DNA of 64,000 nt, taken from Podarcis vaucheri. Lineage: Eukaryota. The translations under genes and the position numbers were made by a program. The DNA is taken from assembly GCA_965113315.1 (NCBI GenBank), contig OZ220363.1. One strand, written 5' to 3'. Below the pieces are notes generated by a model. That model searched no databases and was not told where the DNA came from. It saw only the letters and a list, made by a program, of their open reading frames with translations. Below, piece by piece: positions 49,201-62,650 of this stretch. How positions within the stretch are numbered: position 1 is the first letter of the stretch; each line of letters begins with the position of its first letter.

Positions 49201-52200
49201 GTTATTCAGAAGCTGCAACTAGTCTAGAATGCAAACACCAGACTGATTTCTACCAACAGCCATTGGGAGCAGATAATACCAATCCTATGTGAGCTCCAAT
49301 GGCTGCCACTTGGTTCCAGGCCAAGTTGCCGGTATGGACATCTTAATGTCACTCACAGCCTGGGCCTGGAATATCTATGGGGACCATCTGCATATGTATA
49401 TTCTCCTTCCTAAAGATAAGTGCAGCTAATCTCCTGGTGGTTCTATTTTTTATTGAATTGGTAGACACCACAAAAGTGCTTTCTGGCTGGAGGCCCACAG
49501 GCTGTAGAACCAATTGCCTACAGAGATCTTCTAGATTCCGGACTTTGCCTTTTTAAGTAGGCACTAAAAGCAAGTTTATTTACCCAAGAAGCTTTTTATG
49601 GTTAATGTGCCAATTTGGTAACTTAACACACACACACACACACCTCCTTCCGATAGTTTTCTTGGCATTTTAATCGTATGTTGGTTTGATCTTCTCTGCT
49701 TTGAGAACAGTTGTATTTTCAATAGTTGCATTGAAAGGCACAATATACATTTTCTAAACAAAATAACACCACATTTTCCCTCCCACCAAAGAAAATGTCC
49801 CATGGGAAAACCATGGCTTAGCAGGGATGGGCAGGGACAGTACCTTCTGCATAGCTGCGCACAGCACATCGTTGCCTTTATGATATGGAACCTGGACTGA
49901 GCCGAGAAACTTCACCCGGTACTGGTCCACCCAATCACTACTCTTGCTTGAATCTGAAAAGCAAAAGTTCAAGGTAGGTGAGAAGAATCCGATTCACATA
50001 GATATCCTACATGACGTAAAGTTAGGAGGGAACAGACTTCTGGTTGCTCTAACTACTGACATAGCTGTCAGGGATGGGACACAAGTCGTGAACATCTACA
50101 CTCCTTCATACGAGTGATAATTTGTACACCAGCTTTGTCCTTTCCCATTCCACTTTGAAGAGTGTCTGAAGTGTCAGCATTTTCTCAGGAAAAGTCCTGG
50201 TTTACAAGACAGCTCTGAGCATGAGCACAGAGCAGGAATGGGTACAAGCGGCCAGATATGTGTGGGTAGCAGAGCCATTGATGGGTTAAGTACCTGTCAT
50301 ATGATCTGGATCCTTGGTGACCTCAATTGCGTAGTAAGCAGGGAAGATGCCCCGGTCCCCTGTCCTCATATTATAAGCCTCATACCAATAGTCTTCTGCC
50401 TGAACCTCTACCAGCAGAGGGTCATCGACCTCCAATTCCAGTTCATCTTCATGACGAGGCACAAACCTGAAGAGAAAACCATGCAACTTATCTAACTAAA
50501 GCTCTGAAGATACAAGCCTATCTTAAGGTTCAAGAAAGAGACCTGCAAAAAAATTATGTATTGGGGTCAAAAGGTAACAGCCTAAACTCTCACTGCTAGC
50601 ACACTAGACGAAAAGTGCCTGCATGTTGGCACAGATGTTATTTCTCTAGGCTTGGCTTAGCAAATAACTTCTCCCATGAATGGTGCTACCTCAGAGGAGC
50701 TGCTCATGGAAGACTGAAGGAGCTACTTCTCCATAGTTAACTCCCTCCCCCCCGCAAAAGTAGCTACTTCAAACTGCCATATGCTGTTCCTCAGCTGCTA
50801 CCCCACTGAAGACGCCACAATGAATGTGCAATGTTAGCCGGCAGTATCCTAGGCTAGCCACACAATCCTAGGGTGCCCATGCCTAGGGTACCTAGTAGCC
50901 CATGCCAAGAACCACAAGTTAAGGGAAGGGTTGTTTCAAGAATCATCAAACTTTTCTTTTGGGTTATGCCTGGTTGGAGCTATTGGTGAGGAAGGCTCAA
51001 TAAATCTAAGGAATAAGCAATCCTTTGATATAACCAAGGGAATGAATGTTAGAAGAGCTGTGTTTATTCTCTGGATTCAGCTTTGCAATGGTGAGGGCCA
51101 CTGTGAGGAAGACTTCTTGGTGACTCAACCAGGCATAATGGATTTTGGGTATTAGTCTAGTAACTTTCAAAGCCTAACATTACGAATGGAGTTTTGTGTA
51201 CTTTTGGCAACTCTTTTGCACCCTATAAATCAAGCTAACAGGGATATGTTATTTGCATACATAAGCGCTGAAAAACAATTTCTCCCCTGGCTTAACAAAT
51301 CCTCACAACCAACGTCCAATATAGGCAACCCTGGATGTTGAACTGAAAATCTTCCATGGGTGAGAACCCAGTTCCAAGCATGTTTTTCTATCTGTACCAC
51401 AAACTGAGATCCATAGATCAAGGCCACTGAAGACACCTTATGCCTTAGATGACATCTCTGCAATTCAGGTGGTCACAGGTTGGAAAACACCACTGTTTGG
51501 GTGGATGGGAGGATTCTGGGGCAAAAGGTTTTATCTGCACTCACCTGAAGACTGCTCGGTGTGTCTGCTCTTGCTCCTCCCCATTGATAATACAAGAGAA
51601 GAGACCAAATGATTCAGCACCTGAAAATGAAGTGGGGGAAAATACTATAGCCACCTAATAACTCTCATCTTCAAGCAATGAAGTCAACTGTTTTCTGGAA
51701 CCTGCTTTGCCAAATCAGAAGTGCCCAACAATCATCTTAGCTGCACAGCTTCCTAAGATTCTCTGTGAGGAGTGGAAATTCTATGCATGAGTAGCTGCTC
51801 TCGTGTAGGTACCCTCAATAGGACAATGTGATACAGAGAGGTATAACCTGACCAATAATAACATTCTGGGTGGGTGTGTTTCATTGTTGTAAGTTCTGAC
51901 AGGAGCCACTATTTCACAGCATATCCAGTTGGGAGAACAATGGTGTTGTGCTCTCAATAAAGTTAGCCAAAGCTTTACCCTGAAGCCTTACCACACTTCC
52001 TGCAAATGTGGCAGAAATTGATGGGTTCCAAAACTCAACATAATGTAAGCCTCAATTCAATATAATGTAAGATAAAATGGAGGCAACACACGTGACAGTA
52101 GCCCAAGGATTTCCTGCAGGAATCCACTAGAAAAAAAGCCAGTCAAAAAGGTCTAGCATACTTTGGCCTCTTAATGAGCATCTACATGAAAACAACCAAT

Positions 52201-54745
52201 TGACTGAGCTGGTAGCTTCTTGTGGAGCAGATAAAAGGACTGGAGACATACTTCTTTTCCTTCAGTGTTGGAGGTGATATGAGGAACGGATTGTTCCCCA
52301 TAGCGTGTATACTCCTCTCCCTGTCATCTCTGGTAAACAAGTTTTTCGGGGCGTTGAAGTGTTTCTAAAACCCTGCTTGCCAGAGGTGATAGTGGGACAA
52401 AAGAAACGTGTGTGGCAACAATACCCATGCCATATTCCTTTCAAGCAATCTTGATTTATTGAGTTCTGAGAAAGCATTATGCCATGGCCATACACTTATG
52501 TTTAGGGAGATTTTGTTCCTCAACCCATTCAGACACCAGCATGAGAGTGTAAACCAACCTTCACCAATCCAGTTCCCTCCAGATGTTTTGGACTATAGCT
52601 CCCATCACCCCAAGCTATCACAACCAAGTCATAGTCTAAAGTGTCTGGAGGGAAACCCAGTTGGCAAAAGCTGCTCTTGAACATATTTGACATTTTCTTG
52701 AACTACACATCCAAGTTGCTCTAAGGTCTTCTGAGGTCACCTTTGGTCTTAACAAGATTATTTTTCATAGAACTGTCTCTTGTATTGACCAACAACTTCC
52801 TTGTACCCCCCCCCCCAAAGTCACTGGGTTTTAATGCCTGAGCAAGTGAAATCTGCTATGATATGCTGTGAAATTTCAGGTCCCTCCCCGCCCCCCGCTC
52901 CAATACCAATGCTCATACTGGAATTTGCCCCAGCACTCACTGGAGGAGCGTGACCGTCCGCTCATGAAGACGTTGAGGAACTTCTTGGAGAAATGGATGT
53001 CTGCCTCAGGGGTGGAGTCCTCAGAGAGACAGACAGAGTCACGTTTCAGGGCGTCCTCCTCATACTCCTCCCCAATGGCTGACTCATAGGGTGAGGAGAC
53101 ACAGTTGTCGTAGACAGTGGCTGAATCGCTCTCGTCGCTGTAACCCGAGTAACACTGTTTCAGGCTTACGAGTTCCAGCTGCACGTCCTCGTCTACCACA
53201 AGAGTGTATTTGACCGAATCGTAGGAGAGGGCACTGGTGTCGGAGCTCACAGACGCCCTCTGGCGGCTATGGCAGGGCCGGTAGCTGCCATTGCTGCTGC
53301 TGCCATACACAGTCCTTGGTGCGTTCATTTTGTCAGGTGAGGACAGGTAGTCCAGCACTTCATCCTCCTCGCTGATGGAGGTGTTAGGTTTTCCTGCCAG
53401 TTGTGGGTAGCTGGAAGTGTCTATGTCAGAGCTGATGGACATCCGGTTATCACTGGACTGTGACATGAATGGCTTCTCAGACTCCAGAGGGTCAGAATTC
53501 TTTTGCACTGGTGTGAGGTAAATCTCCTCAGTAGCCTCCAGCCTCACATCTGTCTGGTAGCGAATGCGGTCCCGATAAGCTTCTGGCCCTCGTGTCACTA
53601 CTACAACGGTGGGGTTCTGTGGTGGGGGGCGGTTGGCAACCTGCTGCTTCTCCGGTGCCCGGGACGAGGCAACACAGGCTGGAGCGATCTGTGTGGCAGC
53701 CGTACGCCGGCACGGGCTCTCCGTGGATGTGCCCCGATCTTTGGTGGAGGTTGTGCTGTTTTGGTGAGTGACCTCATCACTCAGGCAAACGTGGTCATGG
53801 GGAGGGGTCTGCTCTCCTAAGGGTGGGTAAGGTGGGGTTAGAGAATTTATGTCAGCCAAAGGAACGAGGGCAACAGTGTCTGGGTACATCTCAACACAGA
53901 TAATTCAGAATGGTGGCAAAAGCAGCTGTTGTGAAGTCCAGTCACCCAAGGGACTGAATCTAAGGAGCTGAGAGGAGCTGTTTCACTTGGTGGGGCCTGT
54001 GGGACATTACAATAGTCAGGGCCAATAATAAGCAGAGTTGGTATACCAAGTCCTAAGTATTACCATTCACATCCCGAAGTTGTTATAAAACCTTCTAACT
54101 GGAATGGCCAATCTTTGGAATTAGTAAGTTCAAAACTGGAACGAATAGCAAAGGAACTAGTTTCCAGGGACCACAAGGATCTTATGAGAGGAAGGAAATA
54201 AATGTAGCACACTAAGCAGATTGCTCTGTCAGCACAAGGCTTTCTGCTTGCCTGATGGAAGATCTGCTTTCTCCTCCTCCCATGTCCTGTTCCAGACAGG
54301 GGCATAGGAATGGGGGGCCACCCAGGTTCCATCATGGAGGGGGGTGACAAATTATCAAGGAACAATTACTGCCCTACTAGGGCAGTTCATAAAAAACTTT
54401 TTTTTTTAAAATGCCTGCTCCAAAGGTCTTGTCTTACTACACTACGGATTATATAGCTATATATGAAATTTCATGCATATCAGTTAATATCTTGACCCTC
54501 CTCCACGAAAATAGCTGTTTACTTGGATGTTTTCCTATGTCATGAAGGCTGAAATTTCAATTCAGTGGAGCACTTACTGTTCCCAACCCTAACCCTGAAA
54601 AGCCATCTAATTAGACTTTAATTTGATTTTGACATGTTTTTAGGAGGTAATTTAATTATTGTTTGATTTTATACCAATGTTATGTATCTGATGTTAGCCA
54701 CCCTGAGCCCATCTTCGGCTGGGGAGGGTGGGATTTAAATAAAAG

Positions 54746-54789
<44 letters not shown>

Positions 54790-55901
54790 TACTACTTATT
54801 ATTATTTCTTTGTAAGAAAATATGAAATAATGTAGAACCATTTTTGCAGGCAAAAAATATATATCAAAGGTGGGGGGTGACGAGAATCTTTCCGCACCTG
54901 GTACCACCTGACCTTCCTACGCCTCTGTTTCCAGAGGTTTTCTCCTGACTTCCACACAGCCAATTTTGTAGGAGTGGGGAAAGGAGGGAAGCTCCGTTGC
55001 ACTAGTGGAAGTCCTTGCCCAGGTTTCTGCTCACAGGGCTCATTAGTTAAATCTTTCCCTCAGGGCTGGATTCAACTAAATTATTGTGCAAGCAGAAGCC
55101 AGCACAATGTGTCCCTCTAGTGCAACAGAACTCTCCTCCCCATGTTCCCTAAATCTGCTCAAGAGGGTTGGGAAAACCCTCAGAACAGCATTCAGCAGAA
55201 GCAGAGGAGAGATTGGTATGTCCATCAAGCAGAACAGAATAGAGGAAGATGAGGGGGCAGATCATTCCACTGGGCAAGCAGAAATGCTCTCGCTGACAGA
55301 ACTTAGTTTTAGCAGGACACTGGATTCCTCCCCAAGTGTTGTTATTAATTTGATATCTCCCCTTACTTCAAGGACCCCAGAATGCTGTTCATGTTGTTTT
55401 CACTTCACAACCCTGTGAGGAAAGTTGGACTGAGAGAGTTAAGTTCTCAGACCATCTATTGAGTGCCTTGTCTGACGGGGCTTTTTGAACCCAATTCCAG
55501 CACCTTAGCACACTAGCTCTTCTGCCACAGATTGTCTTGAGCTGATGTAACGAGCCACATTGTGAGTTGGCCTTGGATTTTTAGAGTAAGCCTGTTCTGA
55601 AGGAGAGCAGGCAGGAAAAGTCAAACCCAACCCCCCATGGCTCGTGTGCCACCAGTCAATTAATAAAACTATAGCATCCGTTTCAAGATGCATGCCAAAG
55701 TGAAAACACATTAGAAGGATGTAGTGAGAAGGTCCAAGCGCCAGAGAACGTACCATCATGCAAAAAGGGGGAGGAAAAAGATCGAAAGAGAACCAGTCGC
55801 TGTACAGGGATGAACTCACCAGTTTTCAGAGGGGATGACGACCGGGACACTCGCTCCTGCCAACTGTGCTTTTTCCCCAGAGAGTTGTTATTCAGAGTGT
55901 C
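43131..55901 (-). CDS. MAPK8IP1: JNK-interacting protein 1 (JIP1/IB1), 5'-partial, last 9 coding exons: complement(join(43131..43203,44080..44178,44809..44879,47643..47762,49844..49953,50294..50466,51545..51620,52941..53816,55820..55901)), 559 aa in window
   Basis: [41 protein letters not shown]3 ([29 protein letters not shown]), PTB ([43 protein letters not shown]) and C-terminal [11 protein letters not shown]; all GT-AG and in frame. Upstream exons, including the JNK-binding RPKRPTTLNLF exon, were not found, so they lie beyond 64000. Confidence 0.97.
43380..43938 (+). mobile_element. L2-clade LINE RT fragment in last intron of MAPK8IP1 (antisense to gene)
   Basis: [59 protein letters not shown]. 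Confidence 0.88.
44080..44178 (-). CDS. MAPK8IP1: MAPK8IP1 PTB exon ([33 protein letters not shown])
   Basis: 99 nt, tttcag / GTGAGT. Confidence 0.95.
44809..44879 (-). CDS. MAPK8IP1: MAPK8IP1 PTB exon ([24 protein letters not shown])
   Basis: 71 nt, ctgcag / GTAAGA. Confidence 0.95.
47643..47762 (-). CDS. MAPK8IP1: MAPK8IP1 PTB exon ([40 protein letters not shown])
   Basis: 120 nt, gtacag / GTAGGC. Confidence 0.95.
48950..49570 (+). mobile_element. Degenerate L2-clade LINE 3' fragment
   Basis: [15 protein letters not shown]-type ORF2 C-terminal remnants, heavily decayed. Confidence 0.6.
49844..49953 (-). CDS. MAPK8IP1: MAPK8IP1 PTB exon ([36 protein letters not shown])
   Basis: 110 nt, tttcag / GTACTG. 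Confidence 0.95.
50294..50466 (-). CDS. MAPK8IP1: MAPK8IP1 SH3-domain exon
   Basis: 173 nt, cttcag / GTACTT. Confidence 0.95.
51545..51620 (-). CDS. MAPK8IP1: MAPK8IP1 exon ([25 protein letters not shown])
   Basis: 76 nt, tttcag / GTGAGT. Confidence 0.95.
52941..53816 (-). CDS. MAPK8IP1: MAPK8IP1 large central exon ([15 protein letters not shown]...[15 protein letters not shown])
   Basis: 876 nt within ORF 52876..53889; cccttag acceptor, GTGAGT donor. Confidence 0.95.
54747..54788. repeat. (TTA)n microsatellite, tail of a retroposon 3' end (about 54690-54790)
   Basis: Direct reading; preceded by agccaccctgagccc..gggtgggatttaaataaaag. Confidence 0.9.
55820..55901 (-). CDS. MAPK8IP1: MAPK8IP1 exon ([27 protein letters not shown])
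   Basis: 82 nt, cag acceptor / GTGAGT donor on minus strand. Confidence 0.95.
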
Positions 55902-57037
55902 CTGAGCAAAAGAACAAAGCGGCCTTGTAGCTGCAAGGGTAAACGGCGCATGGCACAAAGGGGGCCCCATCACCCCCCCAAACTCCAGCCTATGGCCCTG
56001 CTGCTTCCCCCTCCCCCCTCCCCCAGCCGGCTATTGTCTGTGTGCATTCATAGGGATTCAACAGCTAAATCCATCTGTTGCTGCTGCAGCCGCAGATGCC
56101 AGAACCACTGTAGGCCAGGTCCACATGGAAGCAAAGGGAAAAAGGAAAGGAGATGGAGCAAGGCATGGGGACTGGGGTTGGTGGAGGGAGAAAGTACCCC
56201 CCCAAGCCTTCGTCAGAAAGAAGCAAATTGTCACATTTCCGGGTACCATTCACTTGTGCTTCGCTGCTGCAGGGAGACTGATTCACACAAATGCTCTCTC
56301 TTTCTCTCAGGGGCTCATCCACACTACTGTTCATCCTGTTTCCAAGCAGTTTTGCCTTTGCCCTGGAAAACTCTCTCTTTAGTGCTAAATCAGAGCAAAC
56401 AGCACTCTGCAGAAAACCTGACTGCTGTTTGTTCCAATTCAGCGCTGAATCACAGGTTTTCCCAGGGGGAAGTGGCAGGGCAAACGCAAATGTGGATGAG
56501 CCATTGTTCCCATTAGTCAAAGAATTTCAGGCATTCTAACACACTGCTGCCACAATGGGCTGAGCTGCATTTTACAGCGTAGCTCCTGGCATTTCTCCAC
56601 CCCCTCCAAAGCAGCAACCCAGAGTGAGTCAAGGTGGTGCTCTGCAGAGGTTCCTGGATGACAACTCCTATTATCTCTTATCGCTTAGCCATGTTAGTTG
56701 AATGATGAGACTTGGGAGTCCCAACAACATCTGGAAGGCACCATGTTCACTATCAATCCGGTAGCCAATTTCCGGTGGGGAAACATTCAACACAATGACG
56801 TCTCAGTGTGCATTTGTCTCCCCAAACTTTAGAAGGGAGATTCAATTTCTGAGTGGGGAGGAGAGACATAGGTTGGCAGCAACCATGTATCCATTGTATT
56901 TCATAAAGAGACCCTATCAAAAATAATATTATTGATTGGATAAGGCCGTGGAGCAAGACATTCACTGAAGTACCAGACATTAAAACACACTTTTATGAGA
57001 AGGGTATATGCTTTTTAAAGGTACACAGCCTATGAAG

Positions 57038-57350
57038 CATAAGATCCTATAATTGTAGAGTTGGAAAGGAGCCAAGGGCCATGTAGTCCAACCCCCTGCA
57101 ATGCAGGAATCACAGCTAAAGAATCCCTGACAGATGGCTACCCAACCTCTGTTTACAAATCTCCAATGAAAGAGAGTCCACCTGTTGAGGCAGCTCTTAC
57201 TGTGAGTAAGTTTCTTCTTATGTTTAGTTGAAATCGCCTTTCTTGTAATCTGAATCCATCAGTTTGAGTTCCCCGGTATCAGTAGAAAACAATTTTGCTC
57301 CATCATCCATGTGACAGCCCTTCAGATATTTGAATATGACTATCATAATT
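57038..57350 (-). mobile_element. CR1 LINE 3' end
   Basis: Minus strand carries degenerate ORF2-end sequence (caactaaacataagaagaaacttactcacagtaagagctg) then ttcctgcattgcagggggttggactac..ccaactctacaatt. Confidence 0.75.
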
Positions 57351-58503
57351 CCTTGGCTATCACGAATTAAAGGATTCTGGAAAGTCTGTGCCCAGTGACG
57401 CTGCCATGTGCTGTGTCAGAGGCAAGCAGGGTCTCTCCCCTAACCCATCTCTAGCTGCCTCAGTCCCTTTTGTGTCCCTCAGGGAGCTACTCCCAGAGGC
57501 TGCTTTGGCTCACCCACTCGTGCTTCAGCCCTGGTACCACCAGACTCTTTGCCCATCCCTCTACCAGGGAGGTCCTTGCTTTCCCAGGGAAGAAGTGGAG
57601 GAGAATGTTCCAGGAAGCAGTTTCAGAGAAGGCTCTTCCTCTGGTGCTGAGTTAAAAAGCAACAGGCCCTCAGGGCCACTCAGTCCTCACAGGCCAAGCA
57701 GAAGGAAGGCGCACCTTGAACGCTAAGTTTGTAGAAAGGCAGCATATAACATTTCTAAATGGATTCAAGTAAGAAAACTACCATATGTACAATGGGAGAG
57801 GCAGGGGCAAGGGAACATTCTTGCACCAATGGTTAACAAAAGGTATACATACTTTCTGAATGAAAACAATGAACGTAAAAGCAAACTTCTGATGGACTCC
57901 AGAACAACACCCCCAAATTTCTCTAAAAGCCATTTCATGTGTCCCCTTGTTCATTTGCTGCTCCCAGTTCCCACTTTGCTGAATTTGCTGAAATTAGATT
58001 ATTATTTTTTCTATGTTAAATTATTTCCTCAGCTGCATTTGCACAAGCCTAACTTCCCTCTGCAGCCCTTTGGAATCCTTCATTTGCTCCTCCCAATATC
58101 CCCCCCAAATAAAACTAAACCTGCAGCTAGATGTTTCCTAGGCCTTGGAGACTTAAAGCACTGTTTCCTAGCCACTTTGTTTCCCTGGCGTTCTGCTGGA
58201 TTTCAGTACGAAAGGAATGCCCCGGGACCTGCATGAAGCAGTACATAGAGGCAGGAAGAGAAGGGAGGGCAGTGGGATGTACTGTCCCAAGAGATTGTCC
58301 TTTCTGCAGCCAACGAAAGAGAGAGGCCACCACTAGCTGCCAACGTAGCTTTGAAAGCTGCTCTTGTGCTGGGGCAAAGGAGCCCATGTCCCCATCTGCC
58401 TCTGCGTAGCTCCCGGTAGTTTCAAGCTGCCTGAACAGCAACCATTTCTGCCAATGCATGTCCAGAGGAGGGGCTAGCAGAAAAGGAAGCAGCTTCTCCC
58501 CCC

Positions 58504-58504
<1 letters not shown>

Positions 58505-58534
<30 letters not shown>
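58505..58534. repeat. (AC)15 microsatellite
   Basis: Direct reading. Confidence 0.95.
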
Positions 58535-58536
<2 letters not shown>

Positions 58537-61500
58537 CAGATGACCAGAGAATGGGATTATGAGATCATACACTTGTGACAGGAATCAACAGAGCTCTTTG
58601 GAGGCATTATGCAACCATCTCAATATGGTGATTGAGGGCATTCTGCATGATGTGCCACAGACAAAAGACTTGAAGCTCTCATGATCTGGAGAGGGGTAGG
58701 TAGGGCTCCCTGTTGCTGAAGAGCTTGTAACATAGTTATTCCTCCACCCATGATACTTGACACTAGTGGTACAAGGTCCTTCACTCAGACTGGCCTTGCT
58801 GACTCTGCAATTTCTGCTGCAGCTTGTTGGGTGTGTTTGGAGATAGGAACATTGGCCAAGAGTTGCTGGAAGAAGACACGGGGTCTGGTTTCATGACAGG
58901 GAATTACTAAGAGGGAAATCACATTTAGCGCAAGAGCAGTGCTGTAAAGTCTGAGGGAAAGGGATGAGCTGGAAGCTGGACGCTTATCCTTATGCCCTTT
59001 TGACAATCCAGTCGCTCTGCACTGCAACACAGGGATGCTTCTGATGCAATGTCAAAAGATCCTTACTGCACCAGGACATTTTGACACACTGCCCAGCAAG
59101 CATACTCCTTTGGAGCAACTGAGTGTCTCTAGCAGGGAGAGAGATTTGGATTTAATGGTACAATTATCAATGGTAGCTGACATGAGATAAAGTCTATGAA
59201 ACACCACACAGGGAACGCTGGAGATAAAACTTTGCACATACATTAGAAAACAAAGATATCTGTTGTGATCTTTCCGATTTATTAGATTACTTGAAAGGGA
59301 CTTTGGAGAGAAAAATGCAGCATCCAAGAATTGCAATGTAGGAGGTGAACATATGATTATTATTAATGTGAAAAGGGGACTGTAATGAGAATGAGCAATT
59401 CTAGCCGACTGAGAAAGAAACCTCTGTATGAACACATCTTTCATCTGATGTTTCTTTAGGGCTTCTTCTCTCTGCCGTATGTGAAGCACCAACCATCATT
59501 CGCTTCGGACAAAGGTGGACCTTTTCCCAGGCTTTCTCTAACTTATTTGACCCTGTCTTCATTAGCCTTAATTCTTCATTTTATACTACAGTTTCACTGG
59601 TATTATTATTATTATTACTACTAATTATTATTTATTTTATTTATATACTGCCCTTTACCTGGAGGTCTTAGGGAGGTTCACAGAACAAATATGCTGTATT
59701 TTTGTTTTAATGATGTTGTTTTTAAGTTGCGTACTGCTTTGAGATTTTAAAAATATTAAGCAGTTTCTAAATGCTATAACATAATAAAATAAAACATGCT
59801 TTCTTATAGCAGAAACAATCTGACTGGTGCCATGGAATCGGGGAAATTATTGCTAATTCTAAAAATGCACTAAACAGGTGCAGGTACAGTACAGAAGACA
59901 GCAAAGATATAAATGTGTTAAGAACACATTCCTTTTTATTGGATGCTGGGACGATAAGCATATTAGCAATATTGGCCCATAAAGTGTGTAAACAAGGTTA
60001 AAGGATAGATCTAAATAAATAAATGAAATTGGAATTAGGATTTCTCTCCACAGGATTATTCCGGCACCGACTGCCATGCATTTGTGTGCCTGAAAGTATT
60101 TTGTCTGAACTGATCAGTCATACATATTGCTGACTGATGATTCTATGTCCGGAAGCCAGATCTGGGGAAGTCTCATGAATGCAGAGCATTGCACTGGAAC
60201 TAGCTTTGAAAAGCCACGGTTTGGACCATGGCTGTTTCTCTGTCTCCTTGCCGAAATTAATGTCATTTTCCTCCAACCCGTGTGTGAAGAAGAAAACGGT
60301 AGTTGGCAAAGCGAGACTCTGCCCAGATAAGAATAAGATCTTGTGATCTGGGTTACAGCTCTTAATAGGCCTTTTCAGGAAATTCCAGGTCTGAAAGGGT
60401 TACTTGCAGACTCCAGCTCTCAGTTTCAGCCTTTGCCCCCCCATCAGATATATAGCTGGACTGACAGAGCAGCAGAAATAGCTTGGAGAGAGGTCTGCTG
60501 CTGACATAGCTAAGTGCCCTGGAAACTCCTGCCTGTTCCTTTGGAAACGGACAATCTTAGCATCCAGATTTTGCCATTATTGTTGCTCCTGAACAGGCAA
60601 AACCAACAGGATAAAAGGAGAGTTTAAGTCAGTCTGGAGACATATTCAGCTTTCCCTCTCAGGGAAAAGTACATTAAAACAGCAAGTCAAGGCACCCACA
60701 GAGCCTGCTCAGGGCAGCCTGGCTGAGGAAGAGCCCATGACGTAAATTGCCACCTTTATTATCTGGGAAATTACTCATTTCTGTTGGCTCTTCCTGGCAC
60801 TAGGTGTATGGGGAGGGGAGCAAGTGAGATCACCGCTTACCCCAGGCCATATTTAACTTCTATGAATATTACTCACCTAGTTCATAAACATCCCTACAGC
60901 TTGTACCTGCCATACGTAGCCTTCTGTGAATTCTTCTACCTATCCACTCCCACATGCAGAAGCGAAACACGGACAAGTCAAAATCACTCATCACACTCAC
61001 ACCTGTGAGGACTGCCCTGCCCACACAACCCTCTTCCTGCGCCCAAACTTGAAACTCTTTCTCCAAGGGAGCATTTCTTAGCTAGTAGGAGAGTGGGGGA
61101 CGCACTTTAGAGAACTGCATTATCTTTTTGGCCTGCTTTGGCCTAAACCCCTCCTTTTTCTCGCACACTCTCAGTGAGCAGAATCATAACCCTCACCACC
61201 CTGCTGTTTTTGCTCCCCAAGACCACTCTCATTCTCCTGCGGCAGTAAGCTTGTATTAACATTACTCTGGTGATTCAGCATCTTGGACTGGAAATCCCAC
61301 CTCCCCTCTATTGAAAAGAAATAAATATAATACATCAGTATGTGTTTGAGGGATAGTATGCATGCACAAACTGCAAGAATAGTATTTTTGTCTCCTTTAA
61401 ACATACTGTCTCTCTGGCCCAACACCAGCGGCAGACCTTTGAACCCCATCCCAAGATCAAGAGGTTTCTGGAAAAGGAGATTGTACTTTTGTGGACAACA

Positions 61501-61649
61501 ACAACACACTCGCCTCAGTCTGGTGCTGTACCAAGTACCCAGACAGGCCCACCCAGCTCATTCACCCACATCTTGGTAAAGCAAGCCAGATCAGCTCCTT
61601 CATCTATCATGAAGGGATCAGTCAGATTAGTCCCTTCATCAGCCCCTAT

Positions 61650-62650
61650 ACCAGGGGAGGTGGATCCCTGTTGGTTCTCCTGGATCTCTCAGCAGCTTTA
61701 GATACCAGAGACCATGGTACCTTCCTGGAGCAGCCCTGCAAACTGAGAGTTGGGAGCACTGTACTGTGATGGTTCTGCTATCTGCAGAGTAATTTTTGGC
61801 TCATCATCAAGCACCTACCTTGTTCCCCCACGCTTTTTAAACACATATGAAACTGCTGAGTGAGAAGATCCAGGCATTTGTGGATGGCACCCAGCTCTAT
61901 TTGTTTATACCACCTGAGTCAGGTGAAGCCCAAAGTCTGGCAGCCGTCAAGGGCTGGATGAGAACCAATAAACTGGAGCTGAATTCTGACAAGATGGGAG
62001 GTGGTTCCTATGACCAGGAACAGGGTAAGCAACCTGTTCTAGAGGGATTCACACTCACTGATATGGAGCAGGCAGTGCTCCTTGATTCTAAGTCGAGACT
62101 GGATATCCAGGAAGGTGTGCACAAGCCCAGCCAGGGCTGCCACCTTGCCCCCATAATAGAGGGACCCCAGGTCCCCATGACATCAGCATGCCCCATGGCG
62201 TGCTTGTAGTGTGCGCACACGCCTCATGGTGTGCTGGTGTCACTTGTGCATGCCCCAAGGTGCAGGCACCCCGTGGCTTGTGTGCGTGATGCAAGCATGC
62301 CCCATGGTGTGCATCTATGTCACCACAGAACTTTGTGGGGTCTTGGCCCTTCCATCAGAAATACTGGGGGAGCTTGTCCCCCCCCCCCGGGCGCCTATGT
62401 GCCCAGCCACAGCTGGTTCACCACCTATAGCTGTCCCTGAACTGGGATAACTTAGCTACCGTTATTCATGCTCTGGTAGACTCCTGACTGAATTACTGCA
62501 ATGCCCTCGACCTGGGGCTGCCCTCTAAGAGTGTCCGGAAGCTGCAGATAGTGCAAAATGCAACAGCTCAGCTGCTGTATGGGATCGCAAAGTGAAACGC
62601 ATTACAACTATTCTTTGGGAATTGCACTGGGTGCCTGTATAGGGCACCTT
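61650..62650 (+). mobile_element. Degenerate L2-clade LINE RT fragment with a nested insertion (about 62110-62405)
   Basis: [50 protein letters not shown]. Confidence 0.75.

Noticed and set aside
52876-53889. 337-aa single-exon gene
   Set aside because: It is the large internal MAPK8IP1 exon (52941-53816) plus in-frame intron flanks.
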